Below are positions 1 through 9,135 of a stretch of DNA of 64,000 nt, one piece after another. A program made the position numbers and the translations under genes. How positions within the stretch are numbered: the first letter of the stretch is position 1; the number at the start of each line of letters is the position of its first letter. This DNA comes from an uncultured delta proteobacterium (GTDB lineage Bacteria; Myxococcota_A; Polyangia; Palsa-1104), in assembly GCA_963785725.1 (NCBI GenBank), contig CAWAWS010000016.1, positions 192,001 through 256,000 on the forward strand, given 5' to 3'. The notes below the pieces were generated by a model. That model made no database searches and was not told the origin of the DNA. It saw only the letters and a program-made list of their open reading frames with translations.

Positions 1-326
1 TCGCCGTCGAGCCCGACGACGCGCTGCACGGCCTCGAAGGGCTCAAGCATCTGCAGTCGTCGCTGGTGCCGGCGATTTGGCGTCCCGAGGGCATCGTCGA
101 TCGGCGCTTGCCGATGGGCACCGACGAAGCCTGGGACACGTCCGAGCGGCTGGCGCGCGAAGAGGGGCTGTTCGTCGGCCACTCGGCCGGCGCCGCCGTC
201 GCCGGCGCGCTGCGCGTCGCCAAGGAGCTGCCCGCCGACGAAAAGGCGGTCATCGTGACGCTGCTGCCGGATCGCGGCGATCGCTACTTCGTGCCGCTAA
301 AATGGGAAAAGACCTATGAGTGGTAG
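1..326 (+). CDS. PLP-dependent cysteine synthase family protein (CysM/CysK-like), C-terminal part, truncated by the window edge
   Basis: Frame open from position 3: AVEPDDALHGLEGLKH...LAREEGLFVGHSAGAAVAGALRVA...IVTLLPDRGDRYF, typical of a cysteine synthase C-terminus. Confidence 0.85.
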   Translation, partial: AVEPDDALHGLEGLKHLQSSLVPAIWRPEGIVDRRLPMGTDEAWDTSERLAREEGLFVGHSAGAAVAGALRVAKELPADEKAVIVTLLPDRGDRYFVPLKWEKTYEW

Positions 327-758
327 CCTGCCCCGCGCCGTCCTCGACGACATTTATGCCCACGCCCGCGCCGGTTATCCGGAAGAAGTGTGCGGCCTCA
401 TCATCGCCGGCGACGAAGCGCGCCGCTGCGAAAACCGGCAGAACGCGCTGCACGCCGAGGATCCGCAAGTCGTTCCCGCGCGACGCGCGCACGGCCTACA
501 ACTTGGGGCCCAAAGATCTGTTCTTCCTCGACAAGAGCCTGCGCAGCGCGCGGCCGGTGCAACATCATCTATCACTCGCACGTCGACGTCGGCGCCTACT
601 TCTCCGACGAAGACGCGCGCGCCGCGACGTCCGAAGGCGAGCTGCTCTACCCCGTCGATTACCTGGTCGTCGACGTGCGCGCCGACGGCGTCAAGGGCAG
701 CAAGTTGTTCCATTTCAGCGGCGGGCAGTTCGTCGAAGTCGCGAGCTTCGGCCCGTGA
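316..758 (+). CDS. JAB/MPN+ (JAMM, M67) metallopeptidase, Mec-like; split by about 2 indels
   Basis: Stitched across three frames: ...HARAGYPEEVCGLI... / FPRDARTAYNL... / IIYHSHVDVGAYFSDED, giving the JAMM motif E...HxH-x7-S-x2-D. Confidence 0.8.
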
Positions 759-1366
759 GCTTGGCGCTCGGCATCCTGGTCGCCGACCCGGAGATGCTGA
801 CGCGCGCGCTCGATCTGTGCCGCGGCTGCGACGACGCCCAGCTGTTCCTGATGGACGAGGGCGTGCGCGCGGCCGGCGACGCGCGGCTGCGCGCGGCCAT
901 CGACGACGGCCTGGACGCGGCCTTATGCGCAATGGACGCCGAGGCGCGCGTCATACCCGCCGTCGCCGGCGGGCCGCGCTTCGGCTCGCAGTTCGACCAC
1001 GCCGTCATGGTCCGCGAGGCCGCGCGCGTCGTCGCCATGACCGGCGGGCGTATCGACGACAACGAGGCCGCGCTCTTGCACGCGTCGCGCGCTACCCTCG
1101 CCCGCCGGCGCGTCGCCGTGCGGCTGACGCGCGCCGCCGAGCACGCCAAGACGGCGCAGGCGCTGCGCAGCGCGGTCGGTTATGCTGCGGTCGAGCTCGA
1201 CGTGACGCTCGTCGTCGAGCCGGCGGCGCGCGCGCTCCTGACGCGCGACGACCACGCGGCGCCGCTCCTGCGCGCGCTCGGCACCTTGCGCGCGCTCGGC
1301 CATCGCGTCGTCGAGGTCGCCTCGCCGTCGACGCGGGTCAGCTGCGACGTCGAAGTCAGCTGGTAA
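755..1366 (+). CDS. DsrE/DsrF-like sulfur-relay protein, apparently two fused DsrE/F-type domains
   Basis: GTG at 755 overlaps the upstream TGA. LFLMDEGV and LCAMDAEAR resemble DsrE/TusD; the second half (AQALRSAVG...DVTLVV) resembles DsrF-like proteins. Confidence 0.6.
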   Translation: MSLALGILVADPEMLTRALDLCRGCDDAQLFLMDEGVRAAGDARLRAAIDDGLDAALCAMDAEARVIPAVAGGPRFGSQFDHAVMVREAARVVAMTGGRIDDNEAALLHASRATLARRRVAVRLTRAAEHAKTAQALRSAVGYAAVELDVTLVVEPAARALLTRDDHAAPLLRALGTLRALGHRVVEVASPSTRVSCDVEVSW

Positions 1367-1394
1367 GCGTCGTCGGCAGCGCTAAAATGAGCCG

Positions 1395-1679
1395 ATGAGC
1401 GCGGAGCAGCCGGAGCTATTGGACCTGGCGGGTGAAGTTTGCCCGTACACGTTCGTGCGCACCAAGCTGCGCCTCGAGGAGCTGCCGCTCGGCGCCGAGC
1501 TGCACGTGCTCGTCGACCACGCGCCGGCGGTCGACAGCGTGCCGCGCTCGCTGCGCGCCGAGGGCCACGAGGTGCGCTCGGTCGAGCCGGAGGACGGCGG
1601 CCCGCGCGCGCGCTGGCGCATCGTGACCATCAAGCGGTCGACGCGCCCGCCACTTTTGCGCCCCGCGAACGAGCTGTAA
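1395..1679 (+). CDS. tusA: TusA/SirA-family sulfurtransferase
   Basis: LDLAGEVCPYTFVRTKLRLEELPLGAELHVLVDH; N-terminal CP motif; 94 aa. Confidence 0.85.
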   Translation: MSAEQPELLDLAGEVCPYTFVRTKLRLEELPLGAELHVLVDHAPAVDSVPRSLRAEGHEVRSVEPEDGGPRARWRIVTIKRSTRPPLLRPANEL

Positions 1680-1715
1680 CGTGGCAATAACCCTCAACGA
1701 TGCTATGAAAGCGAC

Positions 1716-2537
1716 ATGAGCCCGAGCCTCGACGAAAAGCTGACCACGCTGCGCCGCGTCGTCCGCGGTTATGGCAGCGCGCTGGTGGCTTTTTCGGGCG
1801 GCGCCGACTCGGCGCTCGTGCTCAAGGTGGCCAGCGACGAGCTCGGCGGAAAGGCGCACGCGCTGACGGCCGTCTCGCCGACGATGGCGCGGCGCGAGCA
1901 AGCCCGCGCGCGCGCGTTCGCGGCCAGCCTCGGCGTCGGCATCGACGTCGTCGACTCGCACGAGCTCGAGCGGCCCGGCTTCGCGATGAATCCGACCGAT
2001 CGCTGCTATCACTGCAAGGCCGAGCTGCTCGACGTCGCGCAGCCGCTCGCCGATCGCCTGGGCCTGGGCGCGGTACTGCTCGGTACCAACCTCGACGACT
2101 TGGGCGACCATCGGCCGGGCTTGGCGGCGGCCAACGAGCGCGGCGCGCGCCATCCGCTCGTCGAGGCCGGGCTGACCAAGAGCGACGTGCGCGCCGTGTC
2201 GCAGACGCTGGGCCTGACGACGTGGGACAAGCCGCAGCTGGCCTGTCTGTCGTCGCGCTTTCCCTATGGCACCGAGATCACGCCCGAGAAGCTGAGCCGC
2301 ATCGATCGCTTCGAGGAGGGCCTGTACGATCTCGGGTTCCGCCAGCTGCGCGTGCGCTATCACGACACGATCGCGCGTCTGGAGCTGGAGGACGGCGCGC
2401 TGGCGCTGGCCGTCGAAAAGCGGAAACAGATTATCGCGCTCGGGAAATCGAATGGGTTTACCTATATCGCGCTCGATCTCGAAGGCTTCCGCTCGGGCGC
2501 GATGAACGAGACGCTGACGCAGCTGCGCCGGCGCTGA
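1716..2537 (+). CDS. larE: LarE-family ATP-dependent sulfur insertase (PP-loop)
   Basis: AFSGGADS PP-loop, RCYHCK, GTNLDDLGDHRPG, ACLSSRFPYG, GFRSGAMN. Confidence 0.9.
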   Translation: MSPSLDEKLTTLRRVVRGYGSALVAFSGGADSALVLKVASDELGGKAHALTAVSPTMARREQARARAFAASLGVGIDVVDSHELERPGFAMNPTDRCYHCKAELLDVAQPLADRLGLGAVLLGTNLDDLGDHRPGLAAANERGARHPLVEAGLTKSDVRAVSQTLGLTTWDKPQLACLSSRFPYGTEITPEKLSRIDRFEEGLYDLGFRQLRVRYHDTIARLELEDGALALAVEKRKQIIALGKSNGFTYIALDLEGFRSGAMNETLTQLRRR

Positions 2538-3149
2538 TGATGCCGTTGTTGCCGACGCTGCTCGTGCTCGCCGGCCTCGGCGTCGCGCCCGGCGGCGACG
2601 CCCCGAGCGCCGACGCCGTCGAAGAAGGAGGCGTGGCTGAGCGACAAGGCCGCGCGCACCGCGGTGCATTTGGAGCACGCGCCCACGCTAGGCGGCGCGC
2701 CGGTGTTGACGCTGCACAACGTGTGGACCAACGAGTCGCTGCCGGTCGTCCTGCAGCCGACGGCGAAGGGCGCGCCGATCGCCGAGCCGGCGGCCTCATT
2801 CGAGGAGCTGGCGCGCGATCACTACACCAACCAAGCGGCGCCGATGGACGCGCGGCTCTTCGACACCGTCGTGCGCGCAGCCAGCCAGTTTCACGCACGT
2901 TATGTCGAGATCGTGAGCGGCTTTCGCGCGCCCAAGTATCAGCTCATGCTGCGCAAGAAAGGCCACGAGGTCGCGCGCGAGTCGCAGCATCCGCTCGGCC
3001 AGGCCGTCGACTTCCGGATTCCGAATGTGGCGACGAAGGTGCTGTTGCGCTGGGTGCGCTCGCTGCATTTGGGCGGCGTCGGCTACTACCCGGAGTCGAA
3101 GTTCGTGCACGCCGACGTCGGCCGCGTCCGCTTCTGGCGCGGCCACTAA
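2537..3149 (+). CDS. YcbK/DUF882 peptidase M15 family exported protein; probable indel near 2600-2660
   Basis: Signal-like MMPLLPTLLVLAGLG at 2537 lies in a different frame from the catalytic part IVSGFR...SQHPLGQAVD...GGVGYYPESKFVHADVG (ORF 2664-3149). Confidence 0.8.
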
Positions 3150-3766
3150 AGCGTCGGCGGGCTCCAGCCGTCGAGCACGCGCGCGACGAGCGCGAGCCGA
3201 TCTTGTCCCCAAAACAGCTGCTTTCCCACGGCAAAAGTCGGCACGCCGACGACGCCCGATGCGATCGCCTCCTCGGTCGAGTCGATGAGCGCCTGCTTGA
3301 TCTTGGGATCGGGCTCGAGCGCGCGATCGATCGTCGCAGCCGCCAATCCGGCGGCGCGGCCAATCGCGCGCACGACTTCGACGTCAGCGAGATCGCGATC
3401 GTCGACCCAATAGGCGGCGAACGCCGCGTGCACGAACGCGATGGCCGCCGCATCGCCGGCGTCTTCGGCCGCGGCCAGCGCCAGCCTGAGCGGCGCGACG
3501 GTGCGCATGGGAAAGCGCGACGGCCAGCGAAACGGCACCTGCCAATGGCTCGCCCAATGCTGAATGTCGCGCGTCAAATACGCCCGCTTCGGCGCCGGGA
3601 AGTTGTCGAGCGGCACATCCGGCGTGCCGATGCGGCGAAACAGCGCGCCGACCAAGATCGGCCGCCACCCGATCTCCGCGCCATGCTCGCGCGCCACGCG
3701 CTCGATCTGCGTCGCGCCCAAATAGGCATATGGCGACGAGAAGTCGTAATAGAACGTCAGCTTCAC
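3146..3766 (-). CDS. 2-hydroxychromene-2-carboxylate isomerase / GST-kappa (DsbA-like) protein
   Basis: VKLTFYYDFSSPYAYL...GVVGVPTFAVGKQLFWGQDRL; GTG start overlaps the upstream TGA. Confidence 0.88.
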   Translation of the reverse strand: MKLTFYYDFSSPYAYLGATQIERVAREHGAEIGWRPILVGALFRRIGTPDVPLDNFPAPKRAYLTRDIQHWASHWQVPFRWPSRFPMRTVAPLRLALAAAEDAGDAAAIAFVHAAFAAYWVDDRDLADVEVVRAIGRAAGLAAATIDRALEPDPKIKQALIDSTEEAIASGVVGVPTFAVGKQLFWGQDRLALVARVLDGWSPPTL

Positions 3767-4350
3767 GCCGGCACCTGCCAGCCGCCGAGCGCCTTCTCGA
3801 CGAAGAGCATGCGATCTTGGCCCCAGAACAAGAGACGACGCCCCGCTTGCTCGACGATGAACGCGGGCACGCCGAAGACGCCGTCGGCCACGGCGCGATC
3901 GGTCGCCGCGTGCAGCGCCGCCTTGATCGCCGGCTCGTCGATGCGCGCGACCGCACCGTAATCGGCGAGCACGGCGCGGTCGGAGATGTCGCGGCTCTCG
4001 ACGAAGTGCGCGCGATAGAGCCGATGCATCAGCGCCACCTGCGCGGCGCCCGACACCGTGTGCAAGAGCCGCATGACGTCGACCGTGCGCAAGGGATGAC
4101 GCGGATGCATCTTGAGCGGCACGTCGTAGAGCGCGGCATAGCGCTGCAAGTCGAGCTGGCCGAGCGCGATCTTCGCCGCCGGCTGCGCGCGCGCCGGCTG
4201 GTCCGACTGCCCGATGGCGCGAAAGACGCCGCCCAACAATATGGGCTCCCATATGATTTCGGCACCGGCGCGCGCCGCCAACGCTTCCACTTGCGTCGAC
4301 GCCAAGTACGCATACGGGCAGACGATGTCGTAATAGAACGTGAAGCGCAT
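3763..4350 (-). CDS. Second HCCA isomerase / GST-kappa (DsbA-like) paralog
   Basis: MRFTFYYDIVCPYAYL...GVFGVPAF...LFWGQDRM. Confidence 0.88.
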   Translation of the reverse strand: MRFTFYYDIVCPYAYLASTQVEALAARAGAEIIWEPILLGGVFRAIGQSDQPARAQPAAKIALGQLDLQRYAALYDVPLKMHPRHPLRTVDVMRLLHTVSGAAQVALMHRLYRAHFVESRDISDRAVLADYGAVARIDEPAIKAALHAATDRAVADGVFGVPAFIVEQAGRRLLFWGQDRMLFVEKALGGWQVPA

Positions 4351-4355
4351 TTGGA

Positions 4356-5576
4356 TTAGCGGCAGCTTAGCGCGGAATCGGTGGGCGCGTGGCAGCGCAA
4401 ACAGACGCGGACGTTGCGGTCGGCGAGCGACTGGCAGCGCGACGAGCCGCGCCAATCGGGCGGATGCGGGTTGACCCACATCTTGCCGACGGCGCCCGCG
4501 GCCGAGTTGTTGGTGGCGTGGCATTCGAGGCAGGTCTCCTGACGATGACAAGAGACGCACTGCTTGATGTTGCGCTCCGCCTGCCACTTGTGATGATTCG
4601 GTCCGGCCACGGGATCGGCCCAGCCGTTGGGGTGAAACTGCCGTCCCGTGCCGGGGCCGAACGCGGTCGTGCCGGTGGCGGCGTCGACGATGCCGAGCCG
4701 CTCGTGGCAGCCGAGGCAGAAGCTCTGCAGACGATGGCAAGAGTCGCAGCGCGGCTCGTTCTTGCGCGCTTCGATGGGGTGGATCGAGATGTAGTCGTTG
4801 CCGTGGAAATCGAGCGGCTTGATGACCCCGTTGTGGCAGTCGAGGCAGAACTGCTGGCGATGGCAGTTGTTGCAATACTTCTCGTCGTTGCCGGCGACGG
4901 CCGCGTGATGCGTGCGAAAATCGAGCGTGTGCGCATCGCCGCGCAAGTTGCCCGACGGCGTCAGCACCCCCGCCGGCAGCTGCGTCTCGAGCGTGTTGTC
5001 CGGCTTCATCAGGTGGCAGGTCGCGCAGCGCGACGGGCCGTGCAGGCTCCCGGCTCTCGTCGATGGCGCGTTCTTGTGCGAGTCGTGGCACTCGAGGCAC
5101 AGCGGCATCGACGGCAGCTGCGCGCGCGTCGCCAGCTCCAGCCGATCGACCTTCTCGTGACAGCGCAGGCACGGCACGCCTTTGTCGACGTGGACCGCGT
5201 GATCGAACTTCAGGCTCGGCGGCAGGATGACCGCACGCGCCACGTCGACGCCGACCTTGAAGCCGGGATGGCAGCGCGCGCAGCCCATGGCGTTCTTGTC
5301 GTCGCGCTCGGGATGCTCGCGCTCGATGGGATGGCAGGTCGAGCACGCCTCTTCGGTCGGCAGCAGATTGTCCGACGACTTGTGCGAGCCCGGCGCCTTG
5401 TCGTGGCAGAAGTCGCAGGCGATCTTCTTGGCCAAGTGGCGCGCGTGGCTGAACGTCAGCGGCAGCGACTGCGCGGGAAAGATGACCTCCGACGGCGCCG
5501 CGCTCGCGTTGTGCGCATGCACCATCAAGATGTGCAGCTGCACCACGAGGATCAACAGCTGATGACGCGAACGCAT
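4356..5576 (-). CDS. Exported multiheme cytochrome c with 13 CxxCH motifs, ~406 aa
   Basis: Signal-like N-terminus (...HNASA-A). Motifs: CDFCH, CSTCH, CARCH, CLRCH, CLECH, CATCH, CNNCH, CLDCH, CDSCH, CLGCH, CVSCH, CLECH, CLRCH. Cytochrome c3/c7-like FSHxxH and FDHxxH. Confidence 0.93.
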   Translation of the reverse strand: MRSRHQLLILVVQLHILMVHAHNASAAPSEVIFPAQSLPLTFSHARHLAKKIACDFCHDKAPGSHKSSDNLLPTEEACSTCHPIEREHPERDDKNAMGCARCHPGFKVGVDVARAVILPPSLKFDHAVHVDKGVPCLRCHEKVDRLELATRAQLPSMPLCLECHDSHKNAPSTRAGSLHGPSRCATCHLMKPDNTLETQLPAGVLTPSGNLRGDAHTLDFRTHHAAVAGNDEKYCNNCHRQQFCLDCHNGVIKPLDFHGNDYISIHPIEARKNEPRCDSCHRLQSFCLGCHERLGIVDAATGTTAFGPGTGRQFHPNGWADPVAGPNHHKWQAERNIKQCVSCHRQETCLECHATNNSAAGAVGKMWVNPHPPDWRGSSRCQSLADRNVRVCLRCHAPTDSALSCR

Positions 5577-7036
5577 CAAAATCCGCTCCACGGCTGCGAA
5601 CGGCGATTGCCGCGCGGTTTCTGGCCGAGCCAATAGGACAGATCGAGCACGGCCAAGAGGCGCAGCTGGCTCTTGTAGAGGCGATTGACGTTCTCCTCGA
5701 CCAGGCCGTGGACGATGACGCCGGGTGTCGGCGTGTAGCGCAGGCCGGCCTGCACGCCGAGGCTGTCGGCGCGATCGGCGGCGCGGATGTCGTCGCGGAA
5801 GTCGGCGTAGGAGACGCGGCCTTCGGCGAAGATGCCGTCGACGACGTGGCCGGCAAGGCGAATGCGCGCCGAGCCGTCGACGCCGGCGCGGCGGCCGCCG
5901 TAGCCGTCTTCGTAGTAGCCGTCGAGGCGCGCGTAGCCGCGGCTGCCGAGCTCGACGCGGCCGCCGGCGTTGCCGCCAATCGACTGCGAGCGGCCGTTGT
6001 CGTCGAAGAAGAAGCGGGCGAAGGCGCGCGCGTAAGCCGAGAAGCGGCCCCACGACAGGTCGTAGCCGAGGCGGAGATCGTCGAACGCCTGCGCGGCGAA
6101 GACGTTCCAGATGCTGTCGCCGTCGAACGTGGGCGCGGCCAGGACGTACTCGGCGCTGATGGAATGGCGGCCCAATTGGGCGCGCAGGCCGGCGTAGACC
6201 TCGTCGAGGCGGCCGACCAAGAGATCGTAGCGGAAGGCGAACCACGGGATGAGGCGGCCGCCGAAGAGCCGGCCGCGCGCGGTCAGGCCGACCTTCTCGT
6301 CGATGACGCCCCAGCTCGGCTCGCCGGGCGCGAGCGCGCCGCCCGTCGGTGACATGGTGCGATCGTAGGAGACGCGCACGGTCAGATCGCGCATTCCGAC
6401 GGTGCGCACGGCGACGCCGAACGTCGGCTGCGGCTCCTCTTCTTGGCGCGCGCTCAAGGAGCCGTTGGGGTTGCCGCCGAGCGCCGAGCCGTCGACGCGA
6501 TAGAGCGGCGAGTCGAAGATGTCGGCGCCGGAGACGGCCAGACCGCCCCAGGCTTCGGCGGCGACGTGAAAGCGCGTGCGCGCCTGGATGTGCAAGCCGT
6601 CGAAGGAGGTCCAGTCGTAGAGGTCGACCATGATCTGGCGGCCGAGCTGGAAGTCGAAGAAGCCGAAGAGATCGTTGCCGCCCAAGTAGGCATAAAGCAG
6701 ATCGAGCTTCTCCGGGAACAGCTCGCGCTCGGGCGTGCGGCCGGAGATGTCGTCGAGCTGCGCGAAGTCGCCCAGGTCGGCGTCGAAGCGCAGCGCCGCC
6801 GAGAGGTAGAACTGATTGTTCGGCAGCGGGCGGCCGAGGTCGTCGGTGCGGCCCATGTTGAAGATGGAGAGGCCGAGGTATTGCGTCAGGCGGCGGCGAT
6901 TGACGAGCGTCGAGTCGGCGGCGCGCAGCTGATAGGCCTGGCCGATGGTCTGCGCGTCGATCTCGAAGTCGTAGGCGTGCGCCGGCGACGGGATGAGCAG
7001 CCCCAGGGTTGCGACGGTGAATGCGACTGCGCGCAC
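5576..7036 (-). CDS. Putative outer-membrane beta-barrel protein, translationally coupled to the multiheme cytochrome
   Basis: Signal peptide (VRAVAFTVATLGLLIPSPAHA-Y), many alternating Gly/aromatic amphipathic strands, barrel-like terminal strand LLAVLDLSYW; TGA overlaps the cytochrome ATG. Confidence 0.65.
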   Translation of the reverse strand: MRAVAFTVATLGLLIPSPAHAYDFEIDAQTIGQAYQLRAADSTLVNRRRLTQYLGLSIFNMGRTDDLGRPLPNNQFYLSAALRFDADLGDFAQLDDISGRTPERELFPEKLDLLYAYLGGNDLFGFFDFQLGRQIMVDLYDWTSFDGLHIQARTRFHVAAEAWGGLAVSGADIFDSPLYRVDGSALGGNPNGSLSARQEEEPQPTFGVAVRTVGMRDLTVRVSYDRTMSPTGGALAPGEPSWGVIDEKVGLTARGRLFGGRLIPWFAFRYDLLVGRLDEVYAGLRAQLGRHSISAEYVLAAPTFDGDSIWNVFAAQAFDDLRLGYDLSWGRFSAYARAFARFFFDDNGRSQSIGGNAGGRVELGSRGYARLDGYYEDGYGGRRAGVDGSARIRLAGHVVDGIFAEGRVSYADFRDDIRAADRADSLGVQAGLRYTPTPGVIVHGLVEENVNRLYKSQLRLLAVLDLSYWLGQKPRGNRRSQPWSGF

Positions 7037-7105
7037 CGGCCGGCATCGTAGCGGAGTCGGGGCGCGGGCGCGACAATGACGCAGCCGACGCGGCCGAATG
7101 CGCGG

Positions 7106-7159
7106 CGCGTCAGCGGGTCGCCGCACGCGTCAGCGGGTCGCCGCGCGCGTCAGCGGGTC
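7106..7159. repeat. Three-copy tandem repeat with 20-bp period (core CGCGTCAGCGGGTC) that duplicates the stop-codon end of the Kelch gene
   Basis: cgcgtcagcgggtc occurs at 7106, 7126 and 7146. Confidence 0.85.
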
Positions 7160-9090
7160 AAAATGGGCGCGGCGAAGACGGTCGTGCCGTGCAGCGCGCC
7201 CATGCCGACGCGGCCGCGCGGAATGGCGGCCGCGCCCGGACGGCACGACAGCAGCGTGCGCGCGCTCGTGAGCGTCAGGCGGCCGCTGCGCCACGCCAGC
7301 GTCAACGGCGTCGTCGCGCCGTCGGGCAGTTCACTGTCGGCGAGCGTCGCGCCGCTGCAGGCGGCGACGGGCGCCGCGAGCGTCTGACCGGCGCGCGGCG
7401 CAGTCACCGTCCACAGCGCCACCGGCTGGCCGGGCGCGATGACGACGAATGCATAAGCCGCGTCGGACACGAAGCCGAGCAGCAGCGCGGCGGCCGCGTC
7501 GCCGCGCCGGCCGGCGGTCAGCGTCAGCGTGAAATCGGCCACTTCGGCGCCGGCCAAGAGCGACCACTCGGCCGGTGAATTGTCGGCGCGCGCGGCCGCG
7601 GCCGTGACGACGAGCTGCCCCGCCACCGCCGCCGCGCGATCGGGCCGCCGCGGCAGCAGCGGATCGTCGGGCGTATCGAGCGTCAGCGGCGGCAGGTTCG
7701 CGTACGGCGACAGCTGCGAGCGAAAGTAGATGGTCGCGCGCGCCGACGGCACGCCGGCCGCATCGGCGCCGCCGAGCAGGAGCACCGTGCCGTCGGCGAG
7801 CAGCGTCGCCGTGTGGCCGCGCGCGTCGAACGTCGCCGCCAGCGGCGCGAGATCGCCGCGACCGTCGTAGACATAGAGCGGCCCCGAGCCACCGCCGGCG
7901 ACGAGCGCCGCGCCGTCTTCGAGCGTCGTCACCGTCGGCGCTTGGCGCGGGTCGGCGAGCGCGGGCAGCGGCAGCGGCGCTTCGTCGGGCGACAGCCACA
8001 AGGCCGTCGTCGTACTGGGCGCGCCGACGCCGCCGGCCACGAACGCCGCGCCCGTCGGCAACAGCGCGGCCGCGCCGGCGACGACGCCGCTGTCGAAGCT
8101 GCGCGCCTCGTCGGGATCGACGACCTCGGCCGGCAACACGGCGCCGCCCTCGCCCACGCCGCCGACGATGAGCACGCTCCCGTCGCCGCGCAGGAGCGCC
8201 GTGTGGCCCCAGCGCGCATGGTCGAGCGGCGGTCCGTCGCTGAACGCGTCGTTCGCCGGATCGTACAGGCTCGTCGTCGCCAGCGTCGCGCCCGCGACAC
8301 AGCTGCCGGCAGCGAGCTGCGTGCAGCCGCCGGCGATGAGGACGCGCCCGTCGGCCAGCGTCGTCGCCGTGTGGCCGGCGCGCGGGTCGGGCAGCAGATG
8401 CGGCTCGCCGACGAGCTCGCCGTTGGCGTCATGCCGCGTCGCGCCTTGGGACGCGATGCCGTCCGGCTGACCATCGGTGCCCGCCGACACGCCGCCCGAC
8501 AACAGCGCGCCACCATCGGCGAGCGCAGCCACGGCGTGGAGCAAGGCCGCGCGCGGCTCGAGCGTGGCATTGACCAGCCGAAACTGCGCGTTGCCGTCGC
8601 TGGCGTCACCATTCGGCAGGTAGAGCTCGAGGTTGGTCGCCGGGCCGTCGCCGTCCCAGCCGCCGGTGACGAGGACGGCGCCCGACCCGAGCCGCGTCGC
8701 GTGATGGCCGCTGCGCGCGACCGCCGGCGCCGCCGTCGCACACAGCCCGTCGGGTGGACCGAAGGCGACGCCGATTTTGCCGCCCACGACGTCATCGAGC
8801 GACAAGGGCGCCGTCCGCCCGAACGCCGCCAGGCCGGCCGCGCCGAAGCCGTCGACGGCGACGACGCGCGTCGCCCGTGGCAAATCGAGCGCGGCGTCGG
8901 CGAGCGCGGAGGCCGACGCCGTCAGCGGCGCCGCCGGCGGGAAGTCGCCGAGCGCCGTCACGCGCAAGCTGTTGACGGCGCCGGCGGCCACGCAGCGCGG
9001 CAGCGTGGGCACGATGGCCAGCGTCCGATGCGGCGACGAGCAGCCGGCGAGCCCGGCCAGCGCAAGCGCTGCAGCGACGGAAAAGCGCAC
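7150..9090 (-). CDS. Kelch/galactose-oxidase-type beta-propeller lipoprotein
   Basis: Lipobox LAGC; repeated R-x-GHTAT-x-L-x-DGxVLxxGG units. Confidence 0.85.
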   Translation of the reverse strand: MRFSVAAALALAGLAGCSSPHRTLAIVPTLPRCVAAGAVNSLRVTALGDFPPAAPLTASASALADAALDLPRATRVVAVDGFGAAGLAAFGRTAPLSLDDVVGGKIGVAFGPPDGLCATAAPAVARSGHHATRLGSGAVLVTGGWDGDGPATNLELYLPNGDASDGNAQFRLVNATLEPRAALLHAVAALADGGALLSGGVSAGTDGQPDGIASQGATRHDANGELVGEPHLLPDPRAGHTATTLADGRVLIAGGCTQLAAGSCVAGATLATTSLYDPANDAFSDGPPLDHARWGHTALLRGDGSVLIVGGVGEGGAVLPAEVVDPDEARSFDSGVVAGAAALLPTGAAFVAGGVGAPSTTTALWLSPDEAPLPLPALADPRQAPTVTTLEDGAALVAGGGSGPLYVYDGRGDLAPLAATFDARGHTATLLADGTVLLLGGADAAGVPSARATIYFRSQLSPYANLPPLTLDTPDDPLLPRRPDRAAAVAGQLVVTAAAARADNSPAEWSLLAGAEVADFTLTLTAGRRGDAAAALLLGFVSDAAYAFVVIAPGQPVALWTVTAPRAGQTLAAPVAACSGATLADSELPDGATTPLTLAWRSGRLTLTSARTLLSCRPGAAAIPRGRVGMGALHGTTVFAAPILTR

Positions 9091-9135
9091 GCGCGTACAG
9101 TATCACGAGGCGCCGGCGTGCTACACTGGGCGACG

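Noticed and set aside
7106..7159. CRISPR array
   Set aside because: 20-bp period with no unique spacers, and no cas genes in the window.
7813..9135. N-terminal ~440 aa of the 1009-aa ORF
   Set aside because: Antisense shadow of the Kelch gene; the kinase begins at GTG 9136.
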